Shown here: one piece after another, positions 23,086 to 33,100 of the stretch
Layout of the letters: each line of letters opens with the position of its first letter
Numbering within the stretch: the first letter of the stretch is position 1
NCBI RefSeq assembly: GCF_028641065.1
Contig: NC_073388.1
Span: 46,686,001 to 46,750,000 of the forward strand
From: Leucoraja erinacea
Taxonomy: Eukaryota
Direction: 5' to 3'
Length of the DNA stretch: 64,000 nt
Made by a program: the position numbers and the translations under genes
The notes under the pieces: model-generated
What the model was told of the DNA's origin: nothing
Databases searched by the model: none
Seen by the model: the letters and a program-made list of their open reading frames with translations, nothing else

Positions 23086-23540
23086 ATTTTGAACATCTGC
23101 CTTACAGCCATTCATAACATGGTGCCTTCCACATAATACTTGGATCTGCATGAATGAAGGAATATAGAGAGAACAAGAGAAAGAAAAGAAAAGGAAAGTA
23201 AATTAGTTTTCTGTGGTCTCCAATAATAATTAAACACTGAAGAAAAATAATTCATAATTGTAAAAGTTAATTCAGAGAGAGAGATGGAATTTGACTGTAA
23301 CAGGACAAAAATACTGCAATTCTAACCTTTGTCGATGAAGTTAATTCATATCTATGATATTGATATAGAAATGTATTTTAAAGCTGAAATAATCCAAATA
23401 ATACAGCTTCTGGAGGAGCAGAGCATATTGAATAAGAACGTCCTGGTTTTTATACACAACCGATTGATGAGAGGTTTCTTCATCACATAGAAAACAAGAA
23501 AACACTGAATGGACTGAAAGGCCGAGAATAGTTCCAAGAT

Positions 23541-23948
23541 TCATTCATTCATTCATTCATCATCGTTGAAAACATAGGCGACGCAGTGATGCTGGTTTCA
23601 ATGGGAACAGTGACGGACGCACCACACATCTCTATCCTCCAGTTCCTGCGGACTTCTGCCGATGGAAGTATAGGATTTTGGTGTGTGTGTGTGCTTTATC
23701 ATCATTCCTTACAATGCTATGTACGACAGTGATCGCAACTTCTACTGAAGTGTGGATGGCTGTTGGCTTGCTAGGAGTTCATCCGCCCTTTGGCAGGTCT
23801 TGCTTTTGGTCCTGCTGCGGGTCCACAGCCCCCTCCTCACCTGGCAAACCAGGTGGGGGAGGCTGTTTAGTCGCCGACTATCCGACCATGGAGCAGGTAG
23901 CACGGGATTCCATGGTACCCTTGGTGGGGGGAACTCCCCCCGACCTGA
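23541..23948 (-). mobile_element. Short retroposon with a structured GC-rich 5' end and a (TGAA)n tail, possibly RTE-related
   Basis: TSD ccaagat at 23534-23540 and 23949-23955; (attc)n at the left end; internal hairpins. Confidence 0.65.
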
Positions 23949-24855
23949 CCAAGATCAACCAAGTTTACCCAACAAGAGATTTTAAAGGATCTTTCTGGGT
24001 GGATAAATTCAGACAGGATAAATAACTTTCTCACCCCCTGATTACTTTAGACTAATTTGAGCCTCTCTACAGGGTCAACAAACTGAGCTGATGGGCCAAG
24101 TTTCATAGCATCGAGTGCAATTCCCCGCATGTTCAACCCAGACATTATAAACATCAGGGATGTTACCACAGTTATCAAATCATTCTTCCATCTCTCCCTT
24201 TGGAAATTGAAAGGGGAAAACATTGAAGCAAAACCTTTTTATTTCTACAGCACCCTTCACAGCCTGAGGGGAACTTTGCAGTGAGTGAAGTACATTTGAA
24301 GTGTCGTCGCATTAGAAATGCCAAAAATGAAGCAATCAGTTTGCAGCCAGCACGCTGCCCCACAAGAGTATTGTGATAATTGCTAAGCCATCTGTGATGT
24401 TGTCGGAGAGACAAAAAATTGCCCGGGCAAAATTCCTCTGTGTTCCTTTGAATTATTGCCTGCGGATATATCTATCTCCACTTGAGAGGTCAGCTCAAGG
24501 TCTTGTTTGAAGGGCAGCATCTTCAACAGTGCTGTATTCCCTCAGGACCACGGTGAAGTGTCAGATCAGATCTTTGTGCTCGACGGAGGTCAGACATTCG
24601 ACCCGAAGACAAGAAAGCTACCATCTGAGCTACGCTGCATACCGTTAATCAGATGGGTGGGCGATCCTACCAGAGTATAAAATATAACTCTGATTCCTGT
24701 CGACAGTTACACAACTGAGAGATATCCATCATGGTCGAACTTGGAACAACACAGCACAGAAACAGGCCCTTCAGCCAAAAACGCGACATTTCAGTGAGAA
24801 TCATTGTTAAAGAACATCACACAAACCAAAAATAGATGCAAAAAGCTGGAGTTAA

Positions 24856-25210
24856 AGGGCCTGCCCCACGAGCATGCGACTCCATGCGGCAAGCGCGACC
24901 TAACGTGGTCGCTTGAGCCGTACGGCCTCGCGGGGGCCGGTCCCACTTCGATCGCCGGAGCCGTATGGAGTTGTGCGGAATTGGTCCCGACATCGCGCGG
25001 GGTTCCGAAAAACTGAGCGTTCAAAAATTCCGCGCGGCAACGGCCTGCCGGCCCTCAGCCACCTCAACGCTTTACGCACCGCCTCGACGCCGTACGTCAC
25101 GCGCGAACTTCCCGTGGACTTCGCTCGAACTTCATGTCACTCACTCGACCTCCGCGCGGCCCCCGCTTCTGGTTTGGTCGCATTTGTCACATGCTCGTGG
25201 GACAGGCCCT
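24856..25210. mobile_element. PIF/Harbinger-type MITE nested in a Penelope-derived mini-element
   Basis: TIR AGGGCCTGYCCCACGAGCATG; TAA duplication at 24853-24855 and 25211-25213. Confidence 0.85.
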
Positions 25211-25844
25211 TAATTCAGCCTGACAGGCAGCATCTCTAGTTAGAAGGAATGGGTGACGTTTTGGGTCGAGACCCTTCTTCAGAAAAAACACAAACCAACC
25301 TCCCTTCCATTGACTCCATCTACACTTTACACTGCCTCGATAAGGCCACCAGCATAATCAAGGACCCGTCCCACCCCAGTCACTCCCTCTTCTCCTCTCT
25401 CTCATCAGGCAAGGAATACAGAAGTGTGAAAACGCACACCCCCCAGATTCAGGGACAATTTCTTCCCAGCTCTATCGAGCAACTGAAGCATCCCATCAAT
25501 AACTAGAAAGCAGTCCTGAGCTACTATCTACCTCATTGGAGACCCTCGGACTATAATTAAACAGTATATGAGTATCATTGTACAGGCACCTGCCCATGAG
25601 CAAGGAGGGGACTTGAGAAGAATTCACCCCATGCTATTTGTTTACAGAGACGGATTTTGGAAGACAATCACAAAATAAAATATCCCCAGCTCTTGAAGGG
25701 AATGGAGATTATGGATAGGGTTAGTGTGGTACAGATTCCATACCTAAACTCAGAGAGAATTACAGGGAGAAATACAGCACAGTAACAAGCCCTTCGGCCC
25801 ATTGAGTCTACAACTAACATCCATCACCCACTTACATTCATCTT

Positions 25845-26030
25845 AGGTACACAAAATTGCTGGAGAAACTCAGCGGGTGCAGCAGCATCTATGGAGCGAA
25901 GGAAATAGGCGACGTTTCGGGCCGAAACGTCGCCTATTTCCTTCGCTCCATAGATGCTGCTGCACCCGCTGAGTTTCTCCAGCAATTTTGTGTACCTTCG
26001 ATCTTCCAGCATCTGCAGTTCCTTCTTGAA
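25845..26030. mobile_element. Penelope-derived perfect palindrome (76-bp arms, 1-nt spacer) plus a ~33-nt 3' tail
   Basis: 25845-25920 is the reverse complement of 25922-25997; TSD tacatt(c/a)atctt at 25833-25844 and 26031-26042; inserted in an HE1-like SINE. Confidence 0.88.
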
Positions 26031-26357
26031 TACATTAATCTTACTTTAAGTCTCCCTACTCCCTAGTCATCAACTCCTCTCCAATTCTCCCACTCCCCTA
26101 CACACTAGAGACAATTTACAGTGGCCAGGTGACCTAACATTCACACTTCATTTGGGAAGTGGGAGGAAACTGGAGCACCTCAAGGAACCCACAGAGAGCT
26201 GCTGCCGCACAATGCCAGAGACCTGGGTTTGATCCTGAAGAAGGGTTTCTATTTAAAATGTCACTCATTCCTTTCCTCCATAGATTCTGCATGTCCAGCT
26301 GAGTTACTCCAACATTTTGTGTCCATCATCAGCTGAAGTGTATGATTTTATAGAATA

Positions 26358-26926
26358 CTAGACCAAGTGCAGACCCGTTGGGTCTGCACCCCAATAGTGT
26401 GATCCCCCAACCCAATATTCCACCATGCACCCGTCTCCTCCATTGGAACTGAGCCCGTTCCCAAATGTAAGATTGCAGCCCTCCCCTGCCTGCTGCAGCA
26501 GTGAAAAGTTCAGTGTTCCTCTCTTGCAACTTTGTTTCGAAGTGTGTTGGAAGCTGACATGTAAATGGAGAAGCCTATTTATTTTTGAAATACATGGGGG
26601 GGGGTGGGGGGGGGAGAGAAGGATTTGATTAAATACATGTACTTCAACACGACGAAATGAAATGAGGAGCGGATACTTAGAAAGAAAAGGGAAATCTCTA
26701 GCGAAATGGAAAATATCTCGGAGATTGAGCGTCTGGATTGGGCGTGGCAATGAATCAAAGGAAGAAATGCAGCTGGCAGCCGTACATGCAAATGAATCCA
26801 TTCCGATTGCACATCTGCGAGCATCGGCCATTACGATTGGACATCTGCGAGTATCGGGCACGAATCGAAAGGCAGGAAGGGATCCGTACTGCAGGCGGAC
26901 TGATTTGAGTTTTATATATATATAGA
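26358..26926 (-). mobile_element. Non-autonomous Helitron
   Basis: Minus strand starts TCTATATATATATAAAACTC, next to a (TATC)n run, and ends GTGCAGACCC-AAC-GGGTCTGCAC-TTGGT-CTAG|T, a perfect 10-bp subterminal hairpin. Confidence 0.88.
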
Positions 26927-27039
26927 TAGATAGATAGATAGATGACATTTTTTCGGTCAGTTGGTTTTGCTGACAATCAAACAATGCAAGACTGTTAGAT
27001 CTTCAATCTCGCGGCAGTAACTACAGAAGCATCAGACAA

Positions 27040-27455
27040 TGTTCTGCCCTGTAGACTATAGTGCCTTTCATTTAAAATGGAGATGTATTTATTCTTTACC
27101 TTGGACGTTCCTTCCACGTTTAGCTGGTAGATGCGTAGAGATTTCCCTATGCTGCGGGTGTTTTGGCCCTGGTAAAGGCCGTATGGGTTACGAGTCACGA
27201 GTTACAGAGGAATACATGGTCAAATGTGACACCAAAACAGTACATCTATTTGTTTGTGCACATCGGGTTGATTGCATCGGTCGAAGCAGGGTGGACCACG
27301 TGAAAGTTGCACTCTCCCACGCAATCATACTGAGGCTTTTCCCTGGGGGCATCAACCCCATCCACCCAGTAACTGATGCTGTCCTGGCCTGGCATGGGTG
27401 TCTACCCTTGATCTACAACTTTAGGCTGTGCACGCCATACACAAGAAGAAGAAGA
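27040..27455. mobile_element. Ingi/Vingi-like LINE remnant: inverted 5' end (about 27040-27320, -) joined to the 3' end (27321-27455, +)
   Basis: Minus strand: ribozyme-like leader, then an APE endonuclease start (LRIYQLNVEG). Plus strand: FPGG...H...W C-terminus and a (GAA)n tail. Confidence 0.7.
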
Positions 27456-27460
27456 TTTAA

Positions 27461-28530
27461 AATGAATGAATGAATGAATGAATGAATGAAAACTTTATTG
27501 TCATTCAGATATACACCTAGACACAGTGCACCTTGAACGAAATTTCGTTGCATTTGACTCTCCAAAATCAGTTAAAAGTTAAAAGTTCCAGGTGCGTCCA
27601 TAAAAATGCGTCATGCGCATGGTTCTGTAAAATAAATATATATTAAAAAGTTTTTAAAAGTGACGATATTTAAAAAGTTCTAGCCTCGGTTTTTTGATTG
27701 TTCAGTAATCTTATGGCCTGGGGGATGAAGCTGTTGCAGAACCTGGTTGTCCCGCTCTTCATGCTGCGGTACCTCCTCCCAGAGTTAAGCAGTATGAACA
27801 GTCCAAATTGTGGGTGTGTGGGAGCTCTGATAATGCCCTTAGCTCTACTCAGACAGCGCTTGTACCCCATGTCCATGATGGAAGGAAGAGAAGTCCCAGT
27901 GATTTTTTCCGCTGTCCTCACCACTCTCTGAAGGCACTTCCAGTCCGCAGCTGTACAGCTGCCGCACCACGTGGAGATGCAGCTGGTCAGGACCGACTCA
28001 ATTGTGCTTCTGTAGAAAGTGGCGAGGATGGGAGGGTAGAGGTGTAAACTTCTCAACCTGCGGAGGAAGTACAACCGCTGCTGTGCCCGTTTTGCCAGAG
28101 ATGTAATGTTTGTGGACCAGTTTAAGGTGTCCGTTATATGCACCCCCAGGAACTTGATGCTTTTCACCTGCTCCACTGCTGAGTTGTTGATGCAAAGTGG
28201 AGTGTGACTGGGCTGAATTTTCCTTCTGAAGTCGACGACAATCTCCTTGGTTTTGTTCACATTTAGGAGAAGGTTGTTCCTGCTGCACCAATTCACCAGC
28301 TGTTCCACCTCCTCTCTATATGCCTGGTCGTCGTTATTGCGGATGAGGCCCACTACTGTTGTGTCATCCGCGTATTTGATGATATGGTTAGTAGTGGACC
28401 TGGCGACACAGTCATGTGTCATCAATGTAAAGAGCAGCGGACTCAGGACACAGCCCTGAGGGGAGCCGGTGCTCAATGTGATGACCGAGGAGGTGTTCTT
28501 CCCCACCCGCACAGACTGTGGTGTTTCCCA
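27461..28530 (-). mobile_element. Rex1/Babar-like LINE, 5'-truncated, with an open RT C-terminal frame (27670-28566)
   Basis: GSPQGCVLSPLLFTL, KYADDTTVVGLI, AQQRLYFLRRL, NSFIPQAIRLLN; (ATTC)n tail. Confidence 0.92.
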
Positions 28531-29329
28531 TGCAATGGACTCACAAAAATATTGCAGATTGAGCATTTACATTTAAAATAACTTCTCATTTTTGACAGGT
28601 GGACATTCTGAATTATTTATATTATGGTTCATGTTGACAGTTTGGATAAATCTACAGAAGATAGACTATTCAATTTTAAGTTATTTATCCAAAATGATGC
28701 CCATTAATTTCTCTTTACAGCATACAATTGTGAATAAAAGCGTCAAAGATTTGTTATTGTCATATGTTCCAGACAGAACAATGACAATCTGTTTGTTTTT
28801 ATTTCTGCGGAGATCTGGTCTATCACTTAGACATTGTGTAAAAAAGTACATTAATCCAAAATTCTCTTTATTACTTTGAAAATGTGTTCTCTCACGTGAC
28901 TCTTGCAATTTAGGTTAAAATCTTTCCTCTTTATTTAACCTTTGACTGTCATGTGCCCTCTGCCCATCTAAAACTCACCATCTCTGAGTCGATCTTAAAG
29001 CTAAAAAGATAAGTAATCCAGTGAAATTTATTTCATTCAGTCTTTGTGGCAGATTTCAATCTTTCTGAACAATCCCATTGCTTGACTACCAATATTTCAG
29101 TGAACTGTGAATAAGTAGTGATGAAGTCTATGTGATCAGAACAGTCTGCACTTTGAGTATGGTATCATCTGATTTGTATTCTGCCTTCTTGCTCACATCA
29201 TTTAGCATTGTTAATGAGTTTATTTGGACATGCCGTAATTTATTTTGTAACTTCACGACTCTCGATGGAGTAGGTTTAGGTTTATTATTGCCACATGTAC
29301 CGGATAGAGTGAAAAGCTTTTCTTTTAGA

Positions 29330-29586
29330 GACATATTAGATTTTATGCTCACCGAGTCTGCACCAACCACACTAACACTACCCTACACACACTAGGGACA
29401 ATCTTTTACATTTACACCAGGGCAATTAATTTACCAACCTGTACGTCTTTGGAGTGTGGGAGAAACCAAAGATATCGGAGAAAACCCACGCGGGTCACAG
29501 GGAGAACATACAAACTCCGTACAGACATAGTCAGGATCAAACCCGGGTCACTGGCGCTGTAAGGCAGTGGCACACCTTGCCGCCCC
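29330..29586 (-). mobile_element. HE1-like SINE
   Basis: Reverse complement of the tRNA-like head, V-domain and tail. Confidence 0.8.
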
Positions 29587-29648
29587 TAATCTGTTTGAAT
29601 AACATGCAAAACAAAGCTTTTCACTGTACCTCAGCACGTGACAATAAC

Positions 29649-29785
29649 CTTCTTCTTGCATATGGCGTGCACAGCCTAAAGTTGTAGGTCAACTTGTTCT
29701 ATTTGATCTATTTGTTTATGCACGTCGGGTTGATTGCATTAGTCGAAACAGGGTGGACCACGTGAAGGTTGCAATCCTCCACCCC
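29649..29785 (-). mobile_element. ~137-nt non-autonomous Ingi/Vingi-type retroposon
   Basis: TSD caataa at 29642-29647 and 29786-29791; (GAA)n tail; 5' and 3' parts match the two ends of the remnant at 27040-27455. Confidence 0.82.
29732..29785 (-). ncRNA. Predicted minimal HDV-like self-cleaving ribozyme
   Basis: GGGGUGG-AG-GAUUGCA-ACC-UUCACGU-GGU-CCACCCU-G-UUUCGA-C-UAA-UGCAAUC: 7-bp P1 with a G1.U wobble, 7-bp P2, 3-bp P3, 7-nt L3, J4/2 CUAA. Confidence 0.78.
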
Positions 29786-29814
29786 CAATAATGTAACTAA
29801 ATTTAAACCTACAA

Positions 29815-30680
29815 CAGGTATCAAAGGTATCAAAGGTATTTTATTGGTCACTTTCACATACACCTAGGTGTAGTGAAGTGAAATGCTTCTTGCCATTTTG
29901 CAGCACATAAAAAAGGAATACAGACATAACATTTATAAGAGTTTTAAACATAAAGAACATCTCCCCACAATGGTTCCCATTATGAGGGATGGCACAAAGT
30001 CCAGTCCCCAACCCCAGTTCACCCACAGTCGGGCCTATTGAGGCCTCCACAGTTGCCTCTACGGAGGCCCGATGTTCCAGGCCATTCTCGCCGGGTGATG
30101 TTGCTCCGTCGTCGGGAGAGTCCTCCCAGCGGCCTGGGAACCCTGGAACGGCCGCTTCCGTACTGGAGGCCGCGGCTTCCGAAACCAACAAGGCCGCGCC
30201 GGTTGGAGCTCCACAACTGGCGATCTCATCTAGAGATCCCAGGCTCCCGGTGTAAAGTCAGCGCCGCCGCCCGCAGCTGGTCGCTCCACAGTCCCGCAGC
30301 TCCGCGATGTTTTCCTCAGCGATCTTTAGCTCACCGGAGCTCCAGCGCGGCGACCCAGGCAAGGCATCGCCCGCTCCGCGATAGCGCTCCAGCGCTGTGC
30401 CGCCGCCGAAGCCGAGGTTCTGGGCGGTCCCCGACAGGAAACGCAGCTCCAGGCCCGCTGGTAGGCCGCGAGGACGGGTCGAAGCTGCAGCCCGGAGAAA
30501 AGCTGCCTCTCCGACCAGGTAGGGACCCTGAAAGGTAGTTTCCCAATCCCCCCACACCCTCACCCCCCACATAAAAAAACTGTAGACCTCCAAACAAAAC
30601 ACTTTAACTAACTAAAATAAAAATAAAAAGATGAAAAGACAGACAGCTGCTGGCTGGGCAGCCATGCACAGGACAGCGTG
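29815..30680 (-). mobile_element. GC-rich non-autonomous LINE derivative (Rex1/L2-like ends)
   Basis: (GATACCTTT)n tail with AATAAA on the minus strand, CpG-rich body, related to 40731-41560. Confidence 0.6.
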
Positions 30681-32280
30681 TAGAGTGAAGAGAAGAATAC
30701 AAGAGGGCAGAATATAGTTTCTCAGCATTGTAGTGTAAATGTCCGAGAAAAAAAAATCCATTGTCTGCAATGAGGTCATTTGGAAAATCGGTCTGCATCT
30801 ACCTTGCGGAAGGACCATCTAACGGTCCGATAACAGAGGGGTAAGAATCTGTTCCTGAGTTTGTCATGCACTTTCAATCGTTTGTATCTTCTGCCTGACC
30901 AGTCTAGGCTGGAAAAAGTAATTGATTATGTTGTCTGGTTTCCTGAGGCAGCGTGAAGTGTAGATGAAGTCAACGGCGAGGAGTCTGTGTGTAGCTTCTT
31001 CTTCTTCCTATGTGCTGTGCAGTACATTTATTCTGCATTTTATTTATTCCATTAAATTACATTTCCTGAGTTGCCTACACAATATCAACTGGCCACACAG
31101 TCTTATTCCCCAATTGGTAAAGTATACAAATATATGTAATGTCCATTGAGAGTTGGAATCTGACCCATTGATGTAAAGGAGCATCTTTTTTTAGTTTAGA
31201 GGTACATCATGGAAACAGGCTCTTTGGTCCACCAAGTTCGCATGGACTAACAATACAACCAGTACACTGGTTCTATCCTACACACTAGTCTAGCATTTTG
31301 CGTCGATCTTCAGAAATGATCACATCCGAATCGAACTTTACAACCAAAATTCAAGCCGAGATAAACTATTTGCTTTAATATTTTAATAAATCGTGAACAT
31401 GTCGTTGAAGCCAAAGGGGAAAATCAAAGGAAGCATGTTCCGCAGTTGCCACGGAGATTTAACCAAGCTACCTGAGCATCTAAGCTTTAGTTTCAATGTT
31501 CTCAGTGTAGAAAACAAAATCCATTTGCAGTTCTTTCAGGTACGATACAGCTACATCCAGAATAATCAAATGGATTCTTGTTCAATGGCGGTATTGTTCT
31601 TTCATCCTTTGAAGTTACTTAATTAATCGCGGGTTAATTACTAATAGAATTATTCTCCAGTTTCATTAAAACCAATTCAGCATTTGGTGTCACACTTATG
31701 CAACTTTCAGAAACATTTTCTATTAATCTGGAAATTTAAATAGTCTCTCCTTGGACTGGACCACGTACGCAATGGACAATCGTCCTCTTGTTATGTCAAG
31801 CATGAAGATATTTAATGGAGATATTAAATTGGTCTGAATTGTCTCGGCCCCATATTTCACACTCTCTTCTGAATCACCAAGACACAGATGCTCTCTTCTG
31901 ATTTGCATGAACTTGGTTCCTCTGTGCCCTTTCATTCAATGGGACGCTGGGCCTCATGATCCATATCACTCACTGGGTCCCAAGCTCCTGCCCATTCCCC
32001 TGGGCTCTGGGTGAGATTTTCCTTTGCAGCTTGCTTGCACCTCAGTTCCACGCTCTGCATAAGCTGACTAGTGTCCTGTTTCCCTTAGTTTACTGGGAGA
32101 AATGTATTAAAATTCTGTTTAACTTTGAGAAAAAGTGGATTAAAGAGTAGATACAAGGAACTGCAGATGCTGGTTACACGAAAAGACACCAAATTCTGGA
32201 GTAACTCAGCAGGTCAGACAACATCTCTGGAGTACAGATGACATTTAGGGTTGGGACTGAAAAGTCACCTTTCCATGTTC

Positions 32281-33100
32281 GGGACCCCTCTTTAAGGGAC
32301 AAATGTTTTGGGGTAACATGAGGGGGAACAAATGTTTTGGGGTAACAAATCTGAGGAAGGACATTATTGCCATAGAGGGAGTGCAGAGACGGTTCACCAG
32401 ACTGATTCCTGGGATGTCAGGACTGTCTTATGAAGAAAGACTGGATAGACTTGGTTTATACTCTCTAGAATTTAGAAGATTGAGAGGGGATCTTATAGAA
32501 ACTTACAAATTTTTAAGGGGTTGGACAGGCTAGATGCAGGAAGATTGTTCCTGATGTTAGGGAAGTCCAGGACAAGGGGTCACAGCTTAAGGATAAAGGG
32601 GAAATCCTTTAAAACCGAGATGAGAAGAACTTTTTTCACGTAGAGAGTGGTGAATCTCTGGAACTCTCTGCCACAGAGGGTAGTTGAGGCCAATTCATTG
32701 GCTATATTTAAGAGGGAGTTAGATGTGGCCCTTGTGGCTAAGGGGATCAGGGGGTATGGAGAGAAGGCAGGTACGGGATACTGAGTTGGATGATCAGCCA
32801 TGATCATGTTGAATGGCGGTGCAGGCTCGAAGGGCCGAATGGCCTACTCCTGCACCTAATTTCTATGTTTCTATGTTTCTAACTTCTTTACTCAGAGAGT
32901 GGTAGCTCTCTGAGTGGAAGTGGTGGAGGCAGGTTCGATTTTATCATTTAAAAATAAATTGGATAGGTATATGGATGGGAAAGGAATGGAGGGTTATGGT
33001 CTGAGTGCAGGTAGATGGGACTAGGTGAGAGTAAGTGTTCGGCAGAGAAGGGCCGAGATGGCCTGTTTCCGTGCTGTAATTGATATGTGGTTATCTGGTT
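32281..33100 (+). mobile_element. CR1/HER1 3' fragment (about 32345-32880) nested in another CR1 3' fragment
   Basis: RKDIIAIEGVQRRFTRLIPG... with a (tttctatg)n tail; the flanking element resumes at aacttctttactcagagagtgg. Confidence 0.8.

Noticed and set aside
23106-23145. Possible 40-nt minus-strand exon (catgcag...gtaagg)
   Set aside because: No recognisable peptide or partner exon; it could be a 5' UTR exon but the sequence alone does not support it.
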